From Adineta vaga (lineage: Eukaryota > Animalia > Rotifera), in the NCBI GenBank assembly GCA_021613535.1, contig CP075493.1:2852001-2916000 (forward strand): a stretch of 64,000 bases of DNA, in the 5' to 3' direction. Under the pieces are notes generated by a model. The model was not told the origin of the DNA. It saw only the letters and a program-made list of their open reading frames with translations, and ran no database searches. Positions within the stretch are counted from its first letter, which is position 1; every line of letters begins with the position of its first letter. Position numbers and translations under genes: made by a program. Below, piece after piece: positions 13,901-24,986 of the stretch.

Positions 13901-14412
13901 CTATAAGAAAACACGAATAATTCTATTCAATTAAATAGCATGATAAACTTACCAAGATATTTATCAATTGGAAAAGTCAATTGTTCACATGATAAACCAT
14001 CATTTGCAATATTCATTGCTATATCACGAGAAGAAACAAGATGAAATGCAAATCGTTCGATTTGATCTTGAGATTTTTTCATTTCTAATTTTCTTTCACT
14101 AAATTTCAAATAGAAAAATCATTATTTCAATCTTTTCTATCATACTTGAATGATTTCTGTAATTTGGAATTCCGTATTGTATCACATGATTTACATTCAT
14201 TTGGACGAAAATCAAAATGAACTTCTAATGCACAAGATTTCATATCATGAAATAATTCTTTGACATTTCGACTTTCAGGTTTTTCGAATACAAGTACATC
14301 TTCAAAGAAGCATTCGATGAATGTTGAATTCACGAAATTAAATCAATATACCTTTACCTGATGTATGTGTTTTGGGTATAATAAATGGTTTCTTACCATC
14401 TCGATCTACCAT
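10973..14412 (-). CDS. TASOR/TEX15-type DUF3715 (pseudo-PARP) domain protein with RS-rich C-terminal region
   Basis: Spliced N-terminus MVDRDGKKPFIIPK...IRNSKLQKSFNERKLEMKK...ERFAFHLV...IANDGLSC...YLGNPKDGIHLSRRPDVL...LLICKILVGKG...YDHHF...IFCYEH...SHPSQILPLAILWY follows the DUF3715 motif order as recalled. ORFs 12368-13519, 11373-12305 and 10973-11362 are joined by short introns. Confidence 0.75.
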
Positions 14413-14729
14413 TCTAAAAATTAGAATTAAAAACAAAGACAAATGTACAAATGTCGGATTCTTCGTCTATATCTGTATCGAAATTAGTTTCTATACTTAT
14501 TTCCATCTCAGAAGGTCTAATAATAAATGCATACAACTCGAAATACAACGAAAACATAAATCGTTTTGTTATCGATCGTCTAGATAACACAATTTTTTAT
14601 TAGTGACAACTATCGGAAGAAATAACTACATTGGTTATTTCATATTGGTAACGATTCGTTTATATCTATCATCTTTCTTTTAGTTGAATAATCAACAGGA
14701 AATTTAGAATTAGATTTCTCTATTTTAAG

Positions 14730-15415
14730 ATGACTACGACTACTTGTACAGTACCGATTCGTGTCAGTAAAAATAATCGAGAAATAGATCCAACAGAAGA
14801 TGAACGACAAGGTATCGTACAAAATATTACAAAACAAGCATATTGGCATGTATCATCATGTAAACCAGGTATGGCTTCAAAGAATATTTTCGCGAAAAGA
14901 AAAGGAAACATTGATTTTAGGACATGGTGTTGATAAATTACTTGATGATAATCTTGAAACTTATTGGCAATCAGATGGTCCTCAACCACATTTAGTTAAT
15001 ATACAATTTAAACAAAAGACTAAAATCAAAGATTTATGTATTTTTTCGGATTTTAAAGTGGATGAAAGTTATACACCACAAAAGTAAATCAGTTCATTTT
15101 CCTTCTCTATATTATTCTTTTTTTCAATCTTTTAGAATTTCTATTCGAACTGGTATTAATCATAATAATCTCGTTGAATTACGATGTTTTGAAATTCATG
15201 AACCAGCTGGTTGGGTTATCGTTCCAACTCGTGATGCACGTTCCAATCCAATAAAAACATGGATGATTCAAATCGCAGTCTTAGCTAATCATCAAAGTGG
15301 TCGTGATACACATATTCGTCAAATAGTTGTTCATAGTCCAACAGAAACATCATCAATATTTATTGATCCAAAATTTTCTAGTATTGAATTAGCATCACAT
15401 AGTAGTTGTAGATAA
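14730..15415 (+). CDS. ANAPC10: Anaphase-promoting complex subunit 10
   Basis: [12 protein letters not shown]|[29 protein letters not shown]...DESYTP...[20 protein letters not shown]. Two introns. Confidence 0.96.
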
Positions 15416-15568
15416 TAAATCTGTCTATTTTCATTCATATAACAAGAAAAAACTAAATCAAATTCTGTTCTTTTATAAATATGTAAGATAAAAACGTTCT
15501 GACTTTTTTTTATTGCGGAAATATAAAAATGGAAAATATCTGTTCGTTAAATGCACTTGTAAAAAAAA

Positions 15569-16816
15569 CTAAGATAAAACAATATTTTTATATTCTTCAA
15601 ATGCTTGTTTTAATCGTGCACATCCTTCTCGTAATTGATCACAATTAGCAATAGCAATACAAAGTCGAAGACAATTAGCTAAATGTGCTTTTGCTTCTTC
15701 ATCATGAGCAAATAATCGTCCAGGTTTAAATGAAACACCATGTTTTTCAGCAATAACCAATAATTGATCGCAATCAACTGTTGTATCATGAAATTTCACC
15801 CAAAGAAAATAACCACCAGATGGTTGTCGACATCGAATATATTTCTCTCCGAATGTTTTCATTAATTCATGATACATAAAATTCATTCGTTTGCCATATT
15901 CGACACATAATTTTTCATCAATAAATTGTTTTAATGAACCTTGCACTAAGATTCGATCAACAATACCAGATGTAAATGGATTTGCTCCACCGCCACTATG
16001 AATTAAACCATAACGAGCCATAGCATTAACATGTTCATGACTAGCACAAGCATAACCCAATCGTAATGATGGTGTAAGAAGTTTAGAAAATGATTGTAAT
16101 GCTATTACAGTTCCAGCTGCATGATAAGAAGCAAATGATTTCGGATGTTCAATAGGTTTTTCATGATGGTAACCATTTCCATTGAGTTCCTTTTTTGTAT
16201 AATCAAGAAAATGATAAACTTCATCAGCAACAATTAAAAAATGATATTTTAAACTTAATTGTACTAATTGTTCACGACGATGATGTGACATTGTAAAACC
16301 AGCTGGATTTTGAAATGTTGGAACTAAATAAATCATTTTTGGTTTGGCACGTTCAATAACATCAGTAACAAATTTCGAATCAATAATCAGTCCATCATCA
16401 TCTGTTTCATAAGATATAATATGTAAATGATGATCACGAAAAATTGATAGAGCATATAAATAAGATGGACATTCAACAAGTACAGTATCACCTGCTCGAA
16501 GAAACATTGTACAAAGTTGATCAAGTATAGCTGAAACACCATTTGTAATGAAAATATTTTCATAACTTAATGTCGAAATTGCACATGTATGATGAAGGAA
16601 ATTAACGATATGATGACGTAAATCTGAACTGCCTTCATCTGGTGCATAAGCCCAATATGTACCTTGTTGTTTACCAATTTTATCAGAACAAATTTCCTGT
16701 GTTGCTTTTAAAATCAAATCATACGGAATCATGGTCATATCAGGTTCTCCGATGGCAAGTTTGATAGTTGTTGTATCAGATCTATCAATCGTTCTATCTT
16801 CCAAATCAAGATCCAT
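15569..16816 (-). CDS. PLP-dependent class I/II aminotransferase (YER152C / aromatic-aminoadipate transaminase-like), intronless
   Basis: 415 aa single ORF with ITNGVS, VPTFQNPAG, ADEVYH, SFSKLLTPSLRLG (PLP lysine) and SGGGANPF motifs. Confidence 0.92.
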   Translation of the reverse strand: MDLDLEDRTIDRSDTTTIKLAIGEPDMTMIPYDLILKATQEICSDKIGKQQGTYWAYAPDEGSSDLRHHIVNFLHHTCAISTLSYENIFITNGVSAILDQLCTMFLRAGDTVLVECPSYLYALSIFRDHHLHIISYETDDDGLIIDSKFVTDVIERAKPKMIYLVPTFQNPAGFTMSHHRREQLVQLSLKYHFLIVADEVYHFLDYTKKELNGNGYHHEKPIEHPKSFASYHAAGTVIALQSFSKLLTPSLRLGYACASHEHVNAMARYGLIHSGGGANPFTSGIVDRILVQGSLKQFIDEKLCVEYGKRMNFMYHELMKTFGEKYIRCRQPSGGYFLWVKFHDTTVDCDQLLVIAEKHGVSFKPGRLFAHDEEAKAHLANCLRLCIAIANCDQLREGCARLKQAFEEYKNIVLS

Positions 16817-17056
16817 TTTATTTGTTTTATTCTAAAGAAAGTTTCAATAATAATAATAATAATAAGATAATCAAGAAAACAATGTGTCGATGGTAATATT
16901 TCTCTTTTTGAAAAAAAAAGAAGTCTGATGTTTTTTTATTCCATCATTTCGCATAAACGATGATTATAAAAAAAAAGAAAGGCAATTCACTGAAAAGCAA
17001 TCGATGGAGTTTATGCATTTATATATTCTTCTATGATTGGATTTTGTCGATGAAAT

Positions 17057-17283
17057 CTAATCGAGCTTCTTAAAGCCAATATCACTTGAATATTCGCGGA
17101 AGCATTGACGACAAATCATTAAACCATACTAGAAAAGAAATTTTCTCGATTTTGAAATTCAGATTCTTTTTGTAAATCAATTACTTTGCGAATGATACCA
17201 TGGCCATTGGAGCAAACACGGCATTTACGACTGCCTGGACCATATCTGTGTGGATGTGAACGAAAGATGGATGAGTGTCCCAT
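17057..17283 (-). CDS. RPS29: 40S ribosomal protein S29 (uS14)
   Basis: [33 protein letters not shown]|[23 protein letters not shown]. One intron at about 17129-17184. Not called in frame by the ORF track. Confidence 0.97.
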
Positions 17284-17447
17284 GATGTTCGAAAAGAATC
17301 GAAATCGATCTGAAAATAAACAAATATATATGCTCTCCTATTACTATCAATCAAGATTTTTTTGTTAAATAATGTTTTATCAGCGAAATATTTAATTTTA
17401 TCTCGATTGGTCGAGATTTTATACGAAGAAATCACCTCCTTATAAAA

Positions 17448-17457
17448 TCTCGCGAGA
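17448..17457. promoter_or_regulatory. TCTCGCGAGA palindrome (CGCG/BANP-type element) in the RPS29-SmB divergent promoter
   Basis: Perfect 10-bp CpG-rich palindrome in very AT-rich intergenic DNA. A second palindrome TCTCGA-ttgg-TCGAGA containing an inverted CCAAT lies at 17401-17416. Confidence 0.55.
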
Positions 17458-17566
17458 GATGTCAGATCTATCGACAATTATAATTGGTTTAAATTTTCTT
17501 TTTTTTTCGAAATAATGAAGAAATATTTATTTTCTCTCTACTTCTTTTTTCAATTTTTATTCATAA

Positions 17567-17658
17567 ATAACAAAGAATGATGTGAAAAAATTAAGATCTA
17601 GTTGTATCTATGCTGATATTCTCTTTGAAAGATAATGAAGCGATGCTGACTTTGTTAT
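17567..17658 (+). ncRNA. Candidate C/D-box snoRNA upstream of the SmB coding region
   Basis: Perfect 9-bp terminal stem ATAACAAAG/CTTTGTTAT flanks C-like ATGATGT (17577-17583), D' CTGA (17613-17616) and D CTGA (17646-17649). Confidence 0.55.
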
Positions 17659-17744
17659 GAATGAATACAAATATCTTCATCATCATCTATTCTTTCTTTC
17701 ATTTATTTTAGATTACTTTTGTAATAACCATTTAGTTCATTGCA

Positions 17745-18584
17745 ATGGTAAGTTTAAGCATCTTTTTCTTTTCAAAATCTTCTCTATTGTTCTTATTTTT
17801 ATAGCCGACTCAAGGAAAAAGCAGCAAAATGCTGCAACATATTAATTATCGTATGTAGTTTTTAACTCACTCGTTTGTAGATCAAAGAAATATCTTGTTT
17901 TTCCTTTTTCGTATAGGTATGCGATGTACACTACAAGATGGACGTCAACTTGTTGGAACATTTAAAGCATTTGATAAACATATGAATCTCATATTAGCTG
18001 ATTGTGAAGAATTTCGTAAAGTACGAAGTAAAACTGACAAAACTGAACGTGAAGAACAACGACCATTAGGTTTAATCTTATTACGTGGTGAACATTTAGT
18101 TTCAATGACTGTTGAAGGACCACCACCAAAAGAGGTTTGTAAATGATATCAAATTTAAGAGGATAAGATTTCACTTGAGAAGTTTATAGATTGAAATATG
18201 ATTTATGAATTTTGTTTGTAGGAAGTTGGCATCGCTCGTGTACCAACCAGTGCAGCTACCGCTCAAGGTGCTGGTCGGGCAGCAGGTCGAGGTATGTCTT
18301 ATTCATGTTTAACTTTTCATTTATAAATAATCGATTTTGTTACGTATAGGAGTCATACCATCTGCACCCGGTATGCCCAGTTTTGCAGCTCCTAGTCTCC
18401 AAGGACCAGTGCGTGGTATTGGTGGTCCGGCTTTCAATCAAATGGCCCCTAATGCTCGTGGTATGCCCGCTGGAATGAGAATGCCACCACCACCCATGGG
18501 AGCACGTAAGCGATAAAACTCATTTTTAAATTAAATCAAATTTTCCTTTTCCCTTTCGTTTATTCAGGTCCACCGGGCATGTAA
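17745..18584 (+). CDS. SNRPB: Small nuclear ribonucleoprotein SmB
   Basis: M|[15 protein letters not shown]|[35 protein letters not shown]...[23 protein letters not shown]|EVGIARVP...GRAAGRG...[11 protein letters not shown]...PPGM*. Five introns. Confidence 0.96.
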
Positions 18585-19321
18585 CGAGAAAAAACTTTGT
18601 GTTTTTTTTATTATATTTTCTGTGGTTTTTCATCTGTTTTGTTCTATGATCATTCATTTTGTAAACGAAGTAAAAACAAACAAAAAACCATCAAGCATAT
18701 CTCCTAAATGCAGACGAAATTGCTTCTTTGTGCACTGGTAAAATATACGCAGTTACTTTTGTTTTCTAAAAAATACTTCTACTCTTTTTGTTTATCTCAT
18801 ATATAAAATGCGCAGAATGAAAATACCTGAAAATAGACCATTCTTCCTTTTGAATAAACATCACAAAAAACTATTTTCATTCAAGTACTCGACAAGTTTG
18901 ATATAATAGATATAGAATAACATTGTTAGTAAATATATTCTACTAAATATTTAATTCAACCACATAAAATAGTTGACATTTTTCATGCATACAGATTCCT
19001 CTTGTTTTATTAACAAATAAAAAGCAAATAGAATGTAAGAATAAAAAATTTTCCCCCACCCTCAGTTGTATTCCATGGAATGTTACCATAATCAAAAATG
19101 GATATCTTCATTGTTCATTCTCTCATATTATTTTATTTATTAAAAAGAAGAAAAAAAGAAAGAAATGTAAACATGCTTGAATACACAGTAACAAAACAAA
19201 ATTGTATTCAAGAACCACAGAATGTTCATTTTGGTTTGATTTGACAGATAAAAAAATCCATCTGATCATGTGTATATCTCAAAAGGATTATAAAAGAAAA
19301 AAGAAGGAAAACAAATCACAT

Positions 19322-21188
19322 TTAAACTGTTACTTTCACACGTGCTTCTTGTAGCACAGTACAAAGAAATTCTAATTCTTCATCAGTCATTTCAACATTT
19401 AATATAAGACGAATAGATGGTTCTGGTAAACGATGTTCATCATTTAAATATCTTGCAATTGTTATCGTTATACCACGTGTTTGAGCAAATTCAACAATTT
19501 CTTCTAAACGTGTCACCGTATTTAGCGAATTTGTTAAACGTAAGTGCTTTAATGGTGAAATATCTTCACCAACAATTAAATATCCATTAATATCTAATAA
19601 TTTCTTATGTAAACGTTTACTTTTATTCATTAATGTTTCAAATAAAGAGGTGTCTTGTTCTTCCATTATATTCAATGCTTCAATAGCAGCGGCAGCAAGT
19701 AATGGTGGCAATGATGCTGAAAAACAATAACCTTGAGCAGATAAACGTTGATGATCAACAACAAATGAACTGCCAACAGCAAAACCACCAATTGAACCAA
19801 CAGAATATTCCAATGTTGAAGAAATTAAATCAATTTTTTGTCGATCAATATCGTAATATTCAGTTACACCACGACCTGTTTGTCCAATTGTTCCAAATGA
19901 AACACTTTCATCCATAAAAATTCGATATTTATATTTATATTTTAATTCTACCATACGTGGTAATGGACAAAGATCACCATAATTCATATATAATCCTTCA
20001 ATGATAAGAAAGCGTCGTAATGTTTTTGCTTTTTTTGGATTCTTCTTATCGAGTACTTCTTGTTCAGCTAATAATCGTTCAAGATCATTGATATCATTAT
20101 GACGAAACCATTTGACTGTACTTCGAGATGCTTCAACACCTTTTTGAATTGCATAATGAATACCCTCATCGACAAATAAGATATCATTTCGTTTCGAGTA
20201 AGCTTGAAGATGAAAAGAAATTTTTCAAAATTTATATACAATTCTTTCTCACTAACCTGGAATAATACTAGCAATAGTTGAAAATCCGTAAGAATAGATA
20301 ATACCTTCTTCACAATTAAAATATCGAGCTAAACGTTCTTCTAATTCCAAATGTATATCAATTGTACCATAAAATCTGGAATAAAATCAATTATTTTTTT
20401 ATTAAAATTCTATTCGATAATATCTTTTCTTTCATTCAAATTATATCATTATTTTTATCGGGACACTCATCCACATAATACATTTTCAATTGTGAACATA
20501 TTTACATAAGTTATTTTAAGACAAAGAACAACATTGAAATACATCAGAGATGATTCATATATACATTTCAATCTATTTCGTTTGTTCGATAGAGAACACT
20601 ATTTCAAATGACGACATTACACTTATGTGTTTAGTCGTGTTCTGTAAGATGATAACTACGTAATATTATTACTAAGTAAGAAACACGTAGCAACGTACTT
20701 CTTATAAGATCGACGTCATTAATCAATCTACAAAGAGGGAAGAAAGAAAAGAATATTTACCCTCGTGGACCACAGGATCCAACGCCATATTTCTGTACAG
20801 CTTGTATCGCTTTATCAGCAATACGTGAGTTACCAACGAAATTGAGAAAATTGAATGTAGCAAAATTGAGGCTTTTCTTTCCATCAATTTCAATTGTTTT
20901 ACCAACAATACCATCTAGAACGCGAACATTTAACGCAGGATGATTGGAATCAACTGGCGGTACTAATGGTTCAGGTTGCCATTCATCAATTAATTCTTGT
21001 TTTTCTTTTTCAGTTAATTTCTTTTCAATTGGACGAGGTTTACGAAAGATAACAAGCCATAAAACAGTTAATACAAGAAAGATTTCAAATAATAAATGAT
21101 AAAATGGTGTTTGTTTAAATGATTCTAATAAACTATAAAAATCTGTTGCTAATTTAGCAATATCATCACGATTCATTGATGAATCCAT
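19322..21188 (-). CDS. SPTLC1: Serine palmitoyltransferase subunit 1 (LCB1)
   Basis: N-terminal TM helix, [34 protein letters not shown]|[38 protein letters not shown]. Two introns. Confidence 0.95.
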
Positions 21189-21944
21189 TCTTTTCTGTTT
21201 TTTTTCTTTAAAAAATATCTGCAATAAATAGAAGAAGATTTGCTCATATTTAATAATGGACTTTTATTTTTCCATAAAGAAATGATGTATTTAAATATGA
21301 CATCATGATCATCAGATAATAATAATAAAAAACGAAGAACAACAATGATGTAATCATTGATATCATGAAAAATAAATATAAATAACAATAACAAAGTTAT
21401 TTATATCATTTATGAAAATGAACACTACTTTTTTCTTTTCTTCATCGAATCATAATATATGAGCGAATTAATGTTTATTGATTGACTTGATAATGTAAAA
21501 TATGAGTTGAATCTTGTATGAAAGAAAATATGTCAGTATAGCATTCAGACATTTTAAGGATTTCAAATGATATTCTAGTATGTTATCTTTTCATTCTATC
21601 GAGGTACTGAAAATGTTTTCGATGTCAAGCTACATGCATAGCGATCACCCCATTATCATTCACTGGATGTATGGGATGAATATTATTGTCTATGTAAAAA
21701 AAAAACTAAACTATTCTTTTTTCTCCCTTATTGACTCTTGTTTTTCATCTATGATTCTCTCTCCTCCTCCTCCTCCATCTTCCCCATGTAGGTAGCCCAC
21801 GACGTGGTTTTGCGCGAACGAAAAAAACCTTCCTTTTCTCATCTACATTTTTTCTCTTTCTCTCGCTCTCTTTCTCTTATAAGTCGTTTGTTATAATTAG
21901 ATCGACTCATTCTGAACATATATATTAAAGTCAGTGATTCTTTT

Positions 21945-22667
21945 ATGACACTAACGAACAGTTCCTTTAATTTATCGTTAACAAAACCTGAAACCATGTC
22001 TGAAAAGTCAATTATACCTGCTTCTCTGACGCAAAAACAAAATCAATATATTGCTAATCAACGTCGTCAAAGTCTTGAAGTATTAAACAATCGAACGCGT
22101 AATTCACGTCTCTCCTCTATTCTTCCTGACACATTAAATGAGTTTTTTCAAGCAACACAAAATATGGAAGATGAAATTCTATTACCAACACGTCTTAAAG
22201 ACATGAATATTGATGGTAAGTGTTTGTTTTTTCAAAACGAAACATTCTCGGTTTCTATAAAACAAATCTTTTCTTCTATAGAACTTATTTTTGATAACTC
22301 TAATCAACCAGATAACTGGCATGAAATCTATACATTTGTTCGTAATATAAGAGATCAACTACAATGTACATATCCATTTGCGAATGATAATGTCAGTCAA
22401 GAAGATGCTCCTTCAAATTTGAAACAGCGAAAATATTCAAATGATGATGATGGAATCATTGTTTCCGGAATGTCATCATCAACATCATCAGTTGTTTCAT
22501 CAGAAGACTACGAACAAAATTCGGCAGCCTCATCTATTCCTGGCTCATTTGAAACAATCAAAGATGAATTAAAATATCATTATTATGGTCTATTTCAATC
22601 ACTTAATAATCTTACATTAATGGCTAATCGTGTCAAAGACAAGTATCGTGAAGAAACAAATTTGTAA
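21945..22667 (+). CDS. MID1IP1: Spot14 / MID1-interacting protein family
   Basis: FFQATQNMEDEILLPTRLKDM and C-terminal LKYHYYGLFQSLNNLTLMANRVKDKYREE match the Spot14 family signature. Probable intron about 22216-22281. Confidence 0.8.
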   Translation: MTLTNSSFNLSLTKPETMSEKSIIPASLTQKQNQYIANQRRQSLEVLNNRTRNSRLSSILPDTLNEFFQATQNMEDEILLPTRLKDMNIDGKCLFFQNETFSVSIKQIFSSIELIFDNSNQPDNWHEIYTFVRNIRDQLQCTYPFANDNVSQEDAPSNLKQRKYSNDDDGIIVSGMSSSTSSVVSSEDYEQNSAASSIPGSFETIKDELKYHYYGLFQSLNNLTLMANRVKDKYREETNL

Positions 22668-24177
22668 ACAATTCAATAGAAGAAAAAACGCAAACGATTC
22701 TTGTATAATTTTTATTTCATCAGATGATCATGTATATTATCAGTAATAGTCTTTCTATTATTCGGCATAGAGCCATCTGTTTTTTTTTGTATAATTATTA
22801 TTAATATTAATATTATTATTATCTCAACGCCCTTTTTCTTCACTAATGAAAATCTATTTTGCCTCTTCTATACACATTTAATTTCAATCGTATAAACGAA
22901 AGCGATGCAGGTGGTTACGGTTGAATAACTATGTGTCAGTCTTTCCCACTCAATGGTTTGTCTTATAATGGGTAATTCTATCTTTCTCTTTCGATGAAAT
23001 GATTACGCATTTTAGGCCGCTATTGATATTGTATCTTTCGAAAAAAAAGCCCCATGTCATCGTTTCAAATATTTCTTTGTCATATGGGATAATAGTTATG
23101 ACTCGTGTAATAATCCGATTACTAGAAAAAGAGTAACGATGATAAGACAAATATAAATTTATTCTACTTTTGTAAAAGAAAGAAAAGAACGGGAATATCT
23201 TACCGTAACTCTGATTTAAGTAAGTGTATAAATTTTCCTACTTTCAATTTATAAAAAAAGAATCTCGAAAATAAAGACAAATATTATCATTCGATTATTG
23301 ACGAAGCTTCCCTACAATAAGGATGAATATTGACATTTTATAAATCGATCATCTATTCAAAAACGAATGTCTACAATGATAAAATCAAACGAAAATATCT
23401 ATTAATATTTGTGCAAATATATCTAAAGCTAATGAATGTCTTCAACAGATATAAGTATTACCTATGCCAGTCGAATTTAATTTTTGAGAAAAAAAACTTT
23501 CAAACACATAGATGCAGATAATATATCCCTTATACTCTTTATCTCAGTCAAATTTGAGTAATACGAATGTTACTCATCAGATACAATAGTATAGTAAAGA
23601 TGATTACTCACTTTATCATAAAAATTTAATAATAGACTAAAATGAAATTCGTTAAACGATGTGACCTACGTTGTATTTTATTCAATAGAATGATTAATAC
23701 TTTTCGTTCTTGTTTCCATTGAATAAATATACATGGATCTTTCGATATAATTCCGTATTGAGTTGCTATCAAAATAATAGAGCACCAATCCTGTCGAGCA
23801 TAGTAACCGTAAAGTATAATAAATTCATTTTCTGTCATACACAGTGAGATGGCGCTATGAAACACTAAAAAAATGTTAAATTTTAACTCAGATATGAATT
23901 CTATGTGTCATAGTATATCAACTTCAAATTGAGATCTATTCAAGTAGAAACGAATTTCCATGAGGGTATCAATGCTTGAATGAACATTCATATTCTTGAA
24001 AATTTATGAGAATAATAAATATTACAAGTTATACTCGGTACATTCAACCGATAAAGAAATCCATTTGAATTGATAAAAAGATTATTTGACAGATTTTTGT
24101 GATTTTATCGAGTTTGTATCAACAAAATTAAATGCGAACAAGTTTTCAACTAGAATCAATTGCTATTGTCTGTTCAT

Positions 24178-24207
24178 TTCTTCTTCTTCTTCTTCTTCTT
24201 CTTCTTC
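24178..24207. repeat. (CTT)n microsatellite
   Basis: About ten TTC units, directly visible. Confidence 0.9.
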
Positions 24208-24385
24208 TCATTCAAATTGCCAAGGATGATGAATAATTGGTGTAACAACATATGTTACGAAAAACAAAGTTGTATACATGTGTGTATATATCCACAAATA
24301 TAGTTATTATCAGGGAAGAGGGAAAAACAATATAATCTACTTTACAATCAGAGGGAAAAGATATGATTGAACTCAAAATGATTGT

Positions 24386-24986
24386 TCACATCATAGAAGG
24401 ATCTGGGACTCCATATCGTTTGAGATACCATTCCATATAAGCTTTTTTTCGTTTTTCACGTGTTGCAAAATATGTTGGATATTGTGCTTTTTCCAATGGA
24501 TGCCAAGAATCAAGTGCCTTTTGAAGAAAAATCAATTGATATTGAAAATATATCAAATAAGATTCGACTTACAGAATCATCTGGAGTAGGAAAACGATTT
24601 TCAGCAATACCCAATGGTGATTCAGGAACTATAAAAACAAATATTATTCAAATATTCAATAATGAAATAGAATACATACAATTAAAATTTTCTGTATGCC
24701 AATACATTGCTTTTTTTAGTTCTTCTTCGCCAGCAATTAATAATCGTTTAGCTTTCATTAAATCTTGAACATCTTTATTCGCATCTAAACGAGCTCGATA
24801 TTCTACCATACGTTGACGATAGGTAAGTCTATGAATTAAATAGAAAAACAAAGCGATAATATAACTAAAATATTGAAATTAATACCGATTTGGCCATTCT
24901 TCACGACGAGCAAGTGCAAATAATGCTTTATATAAACGACACACTCGTTGTGAATGTGTTATAAAAGTTGTCGGTAAATTCGACAT
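24386..24986 (-). CDS. NDUFB9: NADH dehydrogenase 1 beta subcomplex subunit 9 (LYR family)
   Basis: THSQRVCRLYKALF...YRARLDANKDVQDLMKAKRLLIAGEEEL...PESPLG...LDSWHPLEKAQYPTYFATREKRK. Three introns. Confidence 0.93.

Noticed and set aside
21300-21370. Minus-strand C/D-like arrangement upstream of SPTLC1
   Set aside because: Degenerate C box, imperfect stem and low-complexity interior.
23550-23620. Short inverted repeats TGAGTAA/TTACTCA in intergenic DNA
   Set aside because: Too short to distinguish from chance in AT-rich sequence.
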